A stretch of DNA of 48,893 bases from Terrimicrobiaceae bacterium (GCA_044342325.1 JBIIPZ010000023.1:1-48893), one strand, 5' to 3'. Positions 7,840 to 17,285 are shown, numbered from the stretch's first letter. Numbers and translations: made by a program. Notes: generated by a model not told the origin, from the letters alone.

Positions 7840-9101
7840 TCGATGCCCCCTTTTTCCCGAATCGCCAGAATCTCGCGCTTCAACTCTGCCGCCAGCTCGT
7901 CCTCGGAGGGCAGTTGCAGTCGGTATTTTTTGGCGAAGAGTTGCCGACTTTCCTTGAGGACGGAGTAGCGGGCGATGGTTTGATTTTTCTCGGAGCAGAG
8001 AACGAGGCCGATGGTGGGGTTGTCGCCTTCGACTTTGAAAAGGTCTTCGTAGAGTCGGACATAGCCGTCCATCTGGCCGATGTCCTGGTGGGTGAGCTTG
8101 CCGATTTTCAGATCAATGAGGACGAAGCATTTCAGGAGGTAGTTGTAGAAGACGAGGTCCACATAGAATTCGTCATCCTCGAAGACGACGCGCTTTTGCC
8201 GGGCTACGAAGGAGAAGCCGCGTCCCATTTCGAGAAGGAAGGTCTGGAGGTTGTCCATGATGGCCTGCTCGAGATCGGATTCGTGGAGGCGGGGGCTGTC
8301 GGGGAGACCGAGGAATTCCAGGACGGCTGAGGATTTGAGAATGCTGGCGGGATCGTAGGGGATAGCTTTGCGCTGCTCGCGGAGCATGCCTTTCTTGTCG
8401 CGGCTGGCGAGGAGGCGCTCGTAGTAGAGGCTGTGAATCTGGCGCTCGAGTTCGCGAACATTCCAACCGGAGGCCACGGCTTCCTGCTCGTAAAATTCGC
8501 GGGCTTCGGGCTTCTCCACACGCATGATGGTGCGGTAGTGGGTCCAAGAAAGGCTGGGGTGGAAAGGCGGGGCGAATTCAGCACACGCTGTGTGCTGAAT
8601 TGGAGCTGTCGATGGGAATTGGTTACGCGTTGCGTGGCTTTTCTCGAAGGAGGTTTCCAATTCGGCACTCAATGAGTGCCGAATTCGTTTTTGTGCGGCA
8701 GCATTTTGCGGCAGATCGCCTTTCCCAGAAGATTCGGCACACAGCGTGTGCCGAATTGAAGGCTCCCTGTCTGCGTAAATCACAAAAAAGAAGCGGAAGG
8801 CCTTGAGGTTGGTCGATGAATAGCCAGTTCCGAAGCGGTCGCAAAGTTTCGCGGCGAGTTGATCAATAACGGAATTCCCATAAGCCGCCCGCTTCTCCCC
8901 TTCCTGCAATTCCTGAACGATCTCGCGGCCGATGAGCCAATGGGCGAGGACCATGCGGCTGTTGACCGCGCGGACCGTACTGGCGCGGGCCTCCTCAAGA
9001 ATCGTCGCAACCCGAGCGAAAAGCGCGTCGGCAACTTGTTCCGGCGAGGGCGCAGGCTTGGCTTTTTTTGCCAGAGAGGTTTTGGCGGGCTTCTTTTTCA
9101 T
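7836..9101 (-). CDS. yhcG: YhcG/DUF1016-family PD-(D/E)xK protein with expanded linker
   Basis: VNSRMVLAHWLIGREIV, LSWTHYR, AREFYEQEA..WNVRELERQI, FLLEMGRGFSFVARQKR, DLVFYN..LIDLK..QMDGY, NPTIGLVLC. Overlaps hsdM and hsdS by 4 bp each. Confidence 0.92.
   Translation of the reverse strand: MKKKPAKTSLAKKAKPAPSPEQVADALFARVATILEEARASTVRAVNSRMVLAHWLIGREIVQELQEGEKRAAYGNSVIDQLAAKLCDRFGTGYSSTNLKAFRFFFVIYADREPSIRHTLCAESSGKGDLPQNAAAQKRIRHSLSAELETSFEKSHATRNQFPSTAPIQHTACAEFAPPFHPSLSWTHYRTIMRVEKPEAREFYEQEAVASGWNVRELERQIHSLYYERLLASRDKKGMLREQRKAIPYDPASILKSSAVLEFLGLPDSPRLHESDLEQAIMDNLQTFLLEMGRGFSFVARQKRVVFEDDEFYVDLVFYNYLLKCFVLIDLKIGKLTHQDIGQMDGYVRLYEDLFKVEGDNPTIGLVLCSEKNQTIARYSVLKESRQLFAKKYRLQLPSEDELAAELKREILAIREKGGIE
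8575..8757. repeat. Cluster of in-frame 27-bp palindromes within yhcG
   Basis: 8575-8601 AATTCAGCACAC-GCT-GTGTGCTGAATT; 8659-8685 AATTCGGCACTC-AAT-GAGTGCCGAATT; 8731-8757 gATTCGGCACAC-AGC-GTGTGCCGAATt; degenerate copy at 8617-8643. Confidence 0.93.
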
Positions 9102-10651
9102 GAGATCATGGCCTGCAATTCCTTCATGCCAGTTTGGATTTCGGATTCCAGTTCGCGCAGGCTTTCCAAAATCTCCCCCGGCGGGCGGTGGGCGATTTCT
9201 TCATGCACGACTTCCTTGTAGCGGTTCAGCGAGAGGTCGTAGCCCTGCGCGGCAATGTCGGCCTTCGGCACGCTGAAGCATTGGGCGGTGCGGTCGGCGA
9301 ATGCGGACACATCCTTTCGATTTTCGCCATTCCACTTTCGCCATTTCTCCAAAACCTCGGGCAGGTTGTTTTTCGCGTGTTCCCCAGCGTCGAGCGCGGT
9401 GGCGGGAACGGGGCCGAGTTTTTCGTCGGGCAGGAGCGGGGTGCGTTTGTCGTCGAGGCTCCAGCCATCGGCTTCGAGATCGTAGAAGAGGACATGGTCG
9501 GTGCCGCCGGAGTTGGTTTTTGTGAAGACGAGGATGGCGGTGGAGACGCCGGCGTAGGGCTTGAAGACGCCGCCGGGCAGGGAGATCACGGCATCGAGTT
9601 TCTGCTCCTCGACGAGCATCTGGCGGAGGGTCTTGTGGGCATTTGACGAGCCGAAGAGCACGCCGTCGGGCACGATGATGGCGGCGCGACCGCCTGGCTT
9701 AAGCGTGCGGATGAAGAGGGCGAGAAAGAGAAGCTCGGTCTTCTTGGTCTTCACGATCTGGAGGAGGTCCTTCGAGCAGTTCTCGTAATCGAGCGATCCG
9801 GCGAAGGGGGAGTTCGCGAGGATGAGGGAGTATTTTTCCACCTCGTCGGCGTGTTCCTGCGCGAGGGAGTCGCGGTAGCGAATGTTGGGATTTTCGACGC
9901 CGTGCAAAAGCATGTTCATGCTGCCGATGCGGAGCATGGTGTTGTCGAAATCGAAGGCGTTGAAGAGATTGTTGTGAAAATGGTTGCGCATCGCATCGTC
10001 GCGGAAGATCTCGGGATGGTGAATGCGCAGATACTCGCTCACGGCAACGGGGAACCCACAAGTGCCGCTGGCAAGATCACACATGACATCCCAGGGCGTG
10101 GGCTGGAGGATTTCCACCATGAGCTGGATGATGTGGCGCGGGGTGCGGAATTGGCCGTTCCGCCCGGCGCTGGCGATCTTGCCGAGCATGTATTCGTAGA
10201 GGTCGCCCTTCGTGTCGCGGTCCTCCATGGGCACTTGCTCGATCATGTCCACCACCTTGGCCAACAGGGCGGGCGTGGGGATGGTGAAGCGGGCGTCCTT
10301 CATGTGGTGCGCGTAAGTGGAGCCATCGCCGCCTATGGAGCGGAGGAAGGGAAAAACATGCTCGCTCACAACGGTGAACATCTCAGCAGGTGCGAAGTGC
10401 TTGAAGCGGGACCAGCGCATGTCCTCGTAAGCACGGCCGCGTGCATCGGCGCCCTCGGGGAAAATCCGGCGGGCCATCGGCTGCTTGAGGCGGGCGGATT
10501 TGCTCTCCTCCAGCGTCTCCAAGTCATCGAGCCGCTTGAGGAAAAGCAGGTAGGTGACCTGCTCAATGACTTCGATGGGATTCGCGATGCCTCCAGTGGC
10601 GAAGGCATTCCAGAGGGCATCGACTTTGCTGCGTATATCGCCAGTGAGCAT
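9098..10651 (-). CDS. hsdM: Type I R-M methyltransferase subunit (atypical motifs)
   Basis: MLTGDIRSKVDALW..NPIEVIEQVTYLLF, KGDLYEYML..GQFRTPRHII, PDGVLFGS, FKPYAGV. Motif I reads DLASGTCGF and motif IV reads NSPF. ATG 10651 preferred. Confidence 0.93.
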   Translation of the reverse strand: MLTGDIRSKVDALWNAFATGGIANPIEVIEQVTYLLFLKRLDDLETLEESKSARLKQPMARRIFPEGADARGRAYEDMRWSRFKHFAPAEMFTVVSEHVFPFLRSIGGDGSTYAHHMKDARFTIPTPALLAKVVDMIEQVPMEDRDTKGDLYEYMLGKIASAGRNGQFRTPRHIIQLMVEILQPTPWDVMCDLASGTCGFPVAVSEYLRIHHPEIFRDDAMRNHFHNNLFNAFDFDNTMLRIGSMNMLLHGVENPNIRYRDSLAQEHADEVEKYSLILANSPFAGSLDYENCSKDLLQIVKTKKTELLFLALFIRTLKPGGRAAIIVPDGVLFGSSNAHKTLRQMLVEEQKLDAVISLPGGVFKPYAGVSTAILVFTKTNSGGTDHVLFYDLEADGWSLDDKRTPLLPDEKLGPVPATALDAGEHAKNNLPEVLEKWRKWNGENRKDVSAFADRTAQCFSVPKADIAAQGYDLSLNRYKEVVHEEIAHRPPGEILESLRELESEIQTGMKELQAMIS

Positions 10652-10701
10652 ATGGCTGCGGAGAGTGCCAGCTTGCGCGGATTTATCCAAGGCGGAAGGA
10701 C

Positions 10702-11130
10702 TCAGTTTTTTATCTCATCCCCGAAAATGAGTGGTGAAACCTTGGCAAGGATATGCGGATGCGGCTGAAGGAGCTTCCCGGCATGTCTGCGGGCGCAAAA
10801 GGGCATGGCAGGCTCGGGGGCTGCGCCGATGGGCTCGATCCAGAAATTCTCGACGAATTTCCGGAACCGCTGCACGGCATCGCCCGCGTAGGTCTCGTGG
10901 AGATGGAAATTCTCGACGAGCCACTCGACGCTGTTGCGCACGAGCTGCTGGGAGAAATACACGGCGGCATGGTAGCTGTGCGACTCGAAGAAGAGGGCGC
11001 GACCGGATTGGTCGGGAAGGTGCGGGTGTTTGTTCAGATACACGCGGTAACCCTCCTCGAGTTTGGGATTCTTTTTAACGGAGGCTTGGGACTTGTCGGA
11101 GGCCGACGCTGGTGTGGTTTTTTTATTCAC
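10702..11130 (-). CDS. Hypothetical protein (about 142 aa), divergent from LysR
   Basis: Non-overlapping 3' part of track ORF 10702..11538, from GTG 11130 (MNKKTTPAS...). Fills the gap between lysR and hsdM. Confidence 0.55.
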   Translation of the reverse strand: MNKKTTPASASDKSQASVKKNPKLEEGYRVYLNKHPHLPDQSGRALFFESHSYHAAVYFSQQLVRNSVEWLVENFHLHETYAGDAVQRFRKFVENFWIEPIGAAPEPAMPFCARRHAGKLLQPHPHILAKVSPLIFGDEIKN

Positions 11131-11200
11131 GAGCGCAGTGATGGATTTTTTTGTTCTTTTAAAAAATGGGAGATCGCGCAGGTAATATGACCGAAAGGTT

Positions 11201-12076
11201 ATGTTTGAAAAATTACTCTCCCGGCGCGGCCTCTCCTTCGAGCGCCTGAAAAACTTCGCCGACATCGCCGAGGCGGGCAGCATAACGCGTGCGGCAGATG
11301 GCGACCCGGCGCGGCAGAGCCTCATGAGCCGCCAGATCCGCGAGCTGGAGGAATTCTTCGGCGCGGAACTCACGCGCAGAAAAGGCAAGGGGCTGGAGGT
11401 CACTCCCGCCGGTCTCGAGCTGGCGCGGCAAATCCGCTTCCAGCTGCAGAGTCTGGAGGATTTCAAGCTGAGCTGCGCCAACGAAGCGCTGGAATACCGC
11501 TTCGCCGCAGGAAACAGCGTGCTGGAGTGGATGCTCATTCCGGCCCTGCCAAAAATCGAAGCGGCGGTGCCCTGCCTGCATCTCAGCCTCTACGACACGC
11601 GGTCGAGGGATATCGTGAACGGGCTGCTGGATCACCGCTTCGACTTCGGCTTTGTCCGCAAGTCTGCCGTGGTCGAACCGCTCAAATACACGCCGCTGGG
11701 CAAGATCGGCTACGCCCTCTACGAGCCCGCTGAGTGGGCAAAAAAGCGACCGCAAACAGCCAAGCTCGCCGTCACCGAAGGCGTCGAGTTTCTCAAAGAA
11801 CTCGGGCAGGCCGCCGCCCAGAAAAAGAAAATCCTCACCCCCACGCACCTCTGCACCAACTTCACCCAAGCCGCACAACTCGTCCGCTCGGGAGTCGCCG
11901 CCGCCATCCTCCCCGTAGTAGCCGAAATCGCCCTAAAGGACTGCGCCACCCGCATCGAACTCCCCTGGCTCTCCAAATACCGCCGCGAAATCGGCATCGC
12001 CTGGCACGAACGCCTCCTGGACACCCGCCCCAAGGCCAAACAACTCCTGGAGCAGCTCAAAATCCACATGTCTTAA
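11201..12076 (+). CDS. LysR-family transcriptional regulator
   Basis: LKNFADIAEAGSITRAA..QSLMSRQIRELEEFFGAELTRRKGKGLEVTPAG, followed by a substrate-binding domain. 291 aa. Confidence 0.92.
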   Translation: MFEKLLSRRGLSFERLKNFADIAEAGSITRAADGDPARQSLMSRQIRELEEFFGAELTRRKGKGLEVTPAGLELARQIRFQLQSLEDFKLSCANEALEYRFAAGNSVLEWMLIPALPKIEAAVPCLHLSLYDTRSRDIVNGLLDHRFDFGFVRKSAVVEPLKYTPLGKIGYALYEPAEWAKKRPQTAKLAVTEGVEFLKELGQAAAQKKKILTPTHLCTNFTQAAQLVRSGVAAAILPVVAEIALKDCATRIELPWLSKYRREIGIAWHERLLDTRPKAKQLLEQLKIHMS

Positions 12077-12713
12077 AAAAGCGTCATAAGCGAGCAGCTA
12101 TGAGCGCGGCCCCTTCGTTAGGAAATAAATGCTCCGCTGACGGAGGTAGAATTTTTCTTAATGCCTTGGCAACCGCACCGACACAAAGGCAATGGGAACG
12201 AATTGCGAGTTGCGGAGGGTGGTGCGGCCTGCGGGCATAGGATTTAGTGGTTTTCGGCTGACTCGCATTAGCTTGCTGATGCCGGGCTGGACTGTCTGGC
12301 GGGCGTGGGTGTTAACAAAACGGATTTTGCGAGTTTCGGAAATTCGCCTCAAAATCCATGAGCTGCAAATTCATGCTGCGTCAGTCCTTCTTTCGGCCGT
12401 ATTCCGGCGGATCCTCCCTTAAAATCAAGTAATTCTCTTGGTCTTCCTTTACGAGCAGCGCGGCAGTCCGGCGGGGTCGCAGACTACCATATTCCGGGGC
12501 AGGTTTTTTGCCGACCAGTCCCGCAGTTGCTGGCAAAAGACATGAATGTCCCCGCCGGACTCTGCACCTGCTGCAGCACCTTGATCCTCGCCTCTGCCAT
12601 CCCGGTATTGCCCCGACTAGCAATAGACCGCTCCGATTTGAAAGGCGGTTGACCGTGGCAGAGTGCTTTAGTGTTCGGTATGGAAAACCGATAAAAGCGC
12701 GGTAGCTTGAGCC

Positions 12714-13286
12714 ATGACAGTGGCAAACCAACTCACCATTGCGCGGATTCTTCTGATTCCGGTGTTTGTCTTTTTGAGTATTTCCTATGGGCAGAGTCTG
12801 GATGCAGGTGCGCCTCTCGAGTGGCAGCGTGTTGCCGCGATTCTTGTTTTCATATTGGCGGCAGCAACGGATGGGTTGGATGGCTATATCGCCCGGCACT
12901 GGAATCAACGCAGTCGCCTCGGGTCGGTGCTGGATCCCATCGCAGACAAGGGGCTTTTGCTCACAGCCATTGTTACGCTGAGTTTCAGCAACTGGAATCA
13001 GGCCTTCCCTCTTTGGTTTCCTGTGCTGGTCATCGCGAGGGATGTGGTGATCCTGGCCGGTTGCGGTGTTCTTTATTTCTTAAATGGGGGGCTTGATGTG
13101 AAACCGAGTTGGACGGGGAAAGCCGCCACGGCCGCGCAAATGGTCGCGATCGCTTGGATGATGCTTCAGTTGCCGCATTATCTGGCTTCTGTGTATTTGG
13201 CTGGTATTCTCACCTTCATCAGCGGGGTGGATTATTTGATCCAAGGTAGCTCTCAAGCGCACCACCACGCCAAACCACATTCCTAA
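12714..13286 (+). CDS. pgsA: CDP-alcohol phosphatidyltransferase (PgsA-like)
   Basis: NQLTIARI, signature DGLDGYIAR..SRLGSVLDPIADK, multiple TM segments. Confidence 0.88.
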   Translation: MTVANQLTIARILLIPVFVFLSISYGQSLDAGAPLEWQRVAAILVFILAAATDGLDGYIARHWNQRSRLGSVLDPIADKGLLLTAIVTLSFSNWNQAFPLWFPVLVIARDVVILAGCGVLYFLNGGLDVKPSWTGKAATAAQMVAIAWMMLQLPHYLASVYLAGILTFISGVDYLIQGSSQAHHHAKPHS

Positions 13287-13289
13287 TAA

Positions 13290-14657
13290 ATGCGAAACGT
13301 CGCCATCATAGGCCGTCCGAACGTCGGAAAATCGGCCCTCTTCAACCGTCTTGCGGGACGCCAAATTTCCATTGTCCATGACCAGCCCGGCGTGACACGC
13401 GATCGCATCGGCTCGATCTGCACGCTCGGCCAAGCGCCGTTCGAGATCACGGACACCGGTGGCATCGGCTCTGAACCCGACCCCGACTTCGCAGAAAGCA
13501 CACGCGAGGGGGCCTTCATCGCCATGGGGAGCGCGGATGTGATTCTCTTTGTGACGGACTCGATCGATGGCGTCACGCCTCTGGACGGCGAGCTCTCCTC
13601 AATGATTCGCACCGTGGCAAGGCAGGTTGTTTTGGTGGTGAACAAAGTGGATACCGAGGGTCACGAGTCGCGCTCCTTTGAGTTTTCGCGTCTGGGATTT
13701 AAAAATCTCGTCACGGTGAGTGCCGCCCACGGGCGGGGCATCGGTGAGTTGGTCGATGTGATCGAGTCGCTCCTGCCCGAACCGGAGCCCGAGTTGGAAG
13801 CACATGAACTGCCGCCGCTCAAGCTGGCGCTGATCGGTCGTCCGAATGTCGGGAAGTCCTCGTTGGTGAATCAAATCCTGAACGACAACCGCACGACGGT
13901 GAGCGACATCGCCGGCACCACGCGCGACACAATCGATGTCGAAGCCGAGTATGAGGGGCAGCGATACATCCTCTGTGATACGGCCGGCATACGGCATCGT
14001 TCCAGACACAACAGCTCGGTGGAGGTCTTCAGCGTGATGCGCTCCGAAAAAACCATCCGTCGGGTGGATGTCAACATCCTCGTCATCGACGCCACAAGCG
14101 GAGTCACCACGCAGGATAAAAAAATCGCCGGGCTGATCCAGAAGGCCAAAAAACCAGCCATCATCGTTCTGAACAAGTGGGACCTGATCGAGAAACAGAC
14201 GAACAACGATCCGGACTTGCTGCGTGAGCATGTGGAGCGAGCAACATCCGAATTGTTCTTCCTCGATTATGCTCCTGTCGTGATCCTCTCAGCACTCACC
14301 GGGGAAAATATTCGACGCCTCTTCACGATGGTTGAAAAGGTGCGCCAGCACGCCACGCGCCGCGCAGGAACAGGTGAACTCAATCGCGTCCTGCGGGCGG
14401 CCATGGAACGCCAGGCCCCGCCTTCGCGTGGATCCCGCCGCTTCAAACTGCTCTACGCAGCCCAAGCGAAGGAGAGCTCGAACTCGCAAATCGCCCCACC
14501 ACTTTTCGTTCTCTTCGTCAACGACCCGAGGCTCCTGCCGGAAAGTTATCAAAACTACCTCTGCGCCCGTATCCGAGACGAGTGGGAATACCCCGGCCTC
14601 CCGATCCTCATGCGCCTGCGTGGCCGCGAAGGCGTGACGCAGGACATCAACGAATAG
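13290..14657 (+). CDS. der: Ribosome biogenesis GTPase Der (EngA)
   Basis: Two GRPNVGKS domains, DTGG/DTAG, NKVD/NKWD, KH-like C-terminus. Confidence 0.97.
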   Translation: MRNVAIIGRPNVGKSALFNRLAGRQISIVHDQPGVTRDRIGSICTLGQAPFEITDTGGIGSEPDPDFAESTREGAFIAMGSADVILFVTDSIDGVTPLDGELSSMIRTVARQVVLVVNKVDTEGHESRSFEFSRLGFKNLVTVSAAHGRGIGELVDVIESLLPEPEPELEAHELPPLKLALIGRPNVGKSSLVNQILNDNRTTVSDIAGTTRDTIDVEAEYEGQRYILCDTAGIRHRSRHNSSVEVFSVMRSEKTIRRVDVNILVIDATSGVTTQDKKIAGLIQKAKKPAIIVLNKWDLIEKQTNNDPDLLREHVERATSELFFLDYAPVVILSALTGENIRRLFTMVEKVRQHATRRAGTGELNRVLRAAMERQAPPSRGSRRFKLLYAAQAKESSNSQIAPPLFVLFVNDPRLLPESYQNYLCARIRDEWEYPGLPILMRLRGREGVTQDINE

Positions 14658-14752
14658 ATTTCTCACGAAGGAGTGGAGTCGCCAAAAATCCTTCGTCTGA
14701 TCCAGAACGAAGTCTTGAGCGAAGTCCCGAGAGCCATCAACCTTGATCCCTT

Positions 14753-15082
14753 ATGTCCGCGATCCCATCTGAATTTTCAAATGTCACTGCCATCACCAAG
14801 GCCAATATCTATTTCGACGGAAAAGTCGTCAGTCACAGCATTGTCTTTGCGGATGCCAGCAAGAAAACGCTCGGTCTGATTTACCCCGGCACTTACCACT
14901 TCGGCACAGACAAAGCAGAGCGCATGGAGATCGTCTCGGGCAACTGCGAGGTCAAAATCGACGGCTCCGAGGCGCGCACGACCTACACAGGCGGGGAGTT
15001 CTTCGATGTGCCAGCCAAGTCGGGCTTCGACATCTCGGTGCCAGATGGCATCTGCGAGTATGTCTGCAGTTTTATCGACTGA
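14753..15082 (+). CDS. ppnP: Pyrimidine/purine nucleoside phosphorylase (DUF1255)
   Basis: KANIYFDGKVVSH..KKTLGLIYPGTYHFGT..ERMEI..YVCSF. Confidence 0.9.
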   Translation: MSAIPSEFSNVTAITKANIYFDGKVVSHSIVFADASKKTLGLIYPGTYHFGTDKAERMEIVSGNCEVKIDGSEARTTYTGGEFFDVPAKSGFDISVPDGICEYVCSFID

Positions 15083-15119
15083 GTTTGCCTCTTAATCTAC
15101 GGAGCATGGGAGGAGTCGT

Positions 15120-17033
15120 CTAAGCAGCCGTGGTGGCCTTTGTAGGCGCGGCTGGTAGGGCTTCCAGAGCGGCGAGGATTTTTTGAACGGTCGCCTCAAT
15201 CGTTAATCCGTGCTTGGCTCGCAGGATTGGCACAGTGCCATGCTCGATGAACTGGTCTGGCCAGCCGATACGGACGACGGGTGTCGTGATGTGTCGGTCG
15301 GCGAGGTGTTCGATCACAGAGGTGCCGAAGCCGTTGGTGAGGACATGGTCTTCCATGGTGCAGATTACATCGCAGCCGCCGGCGAAAAATTCGAGGGTCG
15401 CGGTGTCGAGTGGCTTGATCCAACGGGCATTGATGACTGCTGTGGAAACGCCGAGTTTTTCAAGTTCCTCAGCGGCGGGGATGGCGAGTTCGCACATGTT
15501 GCCGAGGGCGAAGATTGCAGCCTTGGTTCCGTGTCGAATGACTTCGGATTTTCCGATCTCAAGGAGCTTGGGCTTTTTAGCGGGAACGGCGCCTGTTCCT
15601 ATGCCGCGCGGGTAGCGGATGGCGCATGGACCGTCGTGGTGCACCATTGTCCAAAGCATGTCGGCGAATTCCGCCTCGTCCTTGGGCTGCATGTGAATGA
15701 TTCCTGGGACTGGGCGCAGGTAGGCGATGTCGAATAGTCCGTGATGAGTAGGGCCGTCATCTCCCGAAAGCCCTGCGCGGTCCATGCAGAGCGCGACATT
15801 CAGGTTTTGCAGGGCGATGTCGTGAATGATCATGTCATACGCGCGCTGCATGAAGGTGCTGTAAATCGCAAGAAAGGGCTTCAAGCCGCGTGTGGCCATA
15901 CCGCAGGCGAAGAGGGCGGCATGCTCCTCGGCGATGCCGACATCGTGGCAGCGTGCGGGGTGGCGCTTGGCAAAGTTGATCAAGCCCGTGCCCGTCGGCA
16001 TGGCAGCGGTGATGGCGACAATCTTGTTATTGTCGTCGGCGAAATCCGCGAGCTTCGTGCCAAGAAGTTCCGAGTAGGTCGGGGTAGGGGAGGCGATGGT
16101 CTCACCCGTATCGAGGTGGAATTTCCCAAGCCCGTGAAACTTGTCGGGCCTCTCCAACGCGGGCGCGTAGCCTTTCCCTTTCTGAGTAAGGATATGCAGA
16201 ATGACCGGCTCGTTTTGGGTTTTTAAAAACTCGAAAGTCTGTGTGAGGAGCGGGATGTCATGGCCATCGATCGGGCCGTAGTAGCGGATGCCAAGATCAT
16301 CAAAAATGACGCTCGGAGCGATGAGGCTCTTCAGTCCGGCCTCCGCCTTGTGAACGAGTTTGCGTGCGGTTTTTCCACCGATCCACTCCACGAAGCGCGC
16401 CGCGTTTTCATGGAGGTTCGCATACGCCGGGTTGGTGACGAGGCGGTTCAGGTAATCCGCCACGGCGCCCACATTTTTGGCAATCGACCACTCGTTGTCA
16501 TTGAGAACAATGATGAGCCGCTTGGTGGTCGCCGCGACATTGTTCAGGGCTTCAAAACTGACGCCGCAGGTGAAAGCGGCATCGCCTGCAACGCAGACGA
16601 CATGCTCGTCGGAGCCTATCTGATCGCGAGCGGCAGCCATTCCCAGTGCGGCTGAGAGGGCCGTTCCGGCATGTCCCGCACCGTAGCAGTCGTGCTCGCT
16701 CTCGCTACGAAGAAGAAAGCCGTTGAGCCCCTCGTATTGACGGATCGTCGGAAAGCGGTCGAGTCGTCCGGTCAGAAGCTTGTGGACATAACCTTGGTGG
16801 CTGACATCGAAAACGAACTTGTCCTTGGGCGTATTGAAAACCCGGTGCAGGGCAATCGTGAGTTCGACCACACCGAGGTTGGGCCCTAAATGGCCGCCTG
16901 TCTTCGATAGCACGCTAATCAGCTCGTCGCGGATATCCTGTGCAAGGCGCGGCAAATCCTCCGCTGCGAGCGCTTGCACATCTTGTGGCGAATGAATTTT
17001 TGCCAGCAACGGGCCGGGAATTTGATCTGCCAT
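15120..17033 (-). CDS. dxs: 1-deoxy-D-xylulose-5-phosphate synthase
   Basis: GGHLGPNLGVVELT, FDVSHQGYVHK, GDAA..LNDN, DVGIAEEHA, YSTFMQRAYD, DGPTHHG. Confidence 0.97.
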   Translation of the reverse strand: MADQIPGPLLAKIHSPQDVQALAAEDLPRLAQDIRDELISVLSKTGGHLGPNLGVVELTIALHRVFNTPKDKFVFDVSHQGYVHKLLTGRLDRFPTIRQYEGLNGFLLRSESEHDCYGAGHAGTALSAALGMAAARDQIGSDEHVVCVAGDAAFTCGVSFEALNNVAATTKRLIIVLNDNEWSIAKNVGAVADYLNRLVTNPAYANLHENAARFVEWIGGKTARKLVHKAEAGLKSLIAPSVIFDDLGIRYYGPIDGHDIPLLTQTFEFLKTQNEPVILHILTQKGKGYAPALERPDKFHGLGKFHLDTGETIASPTPTYSELLGTKLADFADDNNKIVAITAAMPTGTGLINFAKRHPARCHDVGIAEEHAALFACGMATRGLKPFLAIYSTFMQRAYDMIIHDIALQNLNVALCMDRAGLSGDDGPTHHGLFDIAYLRPVPGIIHMQPKDEAEFADMLWTMVHHDGPCAIRYPRGIGTGAVPAKKPKLLEIGKSEVIRHGTKAAIFALGNMCELAIPAAEELEKLGVSTAVINARWIKPLDTATLEFFAGGCDVICTMEDHVLTNGFGTSVIEHLADRHITTPVVRIGWPDQFIEHGTVPILRAKHGLTIEATVQKILAALEALPAAPTKATTAA

Positions 17034-17036
17034 GCC

Positions 17037-17285
17037 TCAGTTTTCTACTGTCTCAAACTCACTCAGCGCGACACCTCCTCGGGCGTTGCGTGTGATGACT
17101 TGAATTCTCTTCTCTGCGGCATCCAGCTTTTCCTGACAGTCTTTCACAAGGTTGATGCCCTCCTCGTAGGAATCGATGAGTTTTTCAAGCGGCAGGTTGC
17201 CATCCTCCATCGCACTGACGATTTCGGAGATCCGCTGCATTGCGGATTCAAGGGATGGAGTTTCTTTTTGGTTCTTTTGAGACAT
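17037..17285 (-). CDS. xseB: Exodeoxyribonuclease VII small subunit
   Basis: SLESAMQRISEIVSAMEDGNLPLEKLIDSYEEG..CQEKLDAAEKRI. Usual position upstream of dxs. Confidence 0.93.
   Translation of the reverse strand: MSQKNQKETPSLESAMQRISEIVSAMEDGNLPLEKLIDSYEEGINLVKDCQEKLDAAEKRIQVITRNARGGVALSEFETVEN

Noticed and set aside
11131..11538. 5' extension of track ORF 10702..11538
   Set aside because: Antisense to the LysR HTH; only the part from GTG 11130 is plausible.
12077..12713. tRNA/att site, ncRNA or frameshifted small gene at the island's right border
   Set aside because: No cloverleaf or att repeat seen. Minus-strand fragments (MAEARIKVLQQVQSPAG / FCQQLRDWSAKN / LREDPPEYGRKKD) could join through two frameshifts, but I cannot support that without a homology search.
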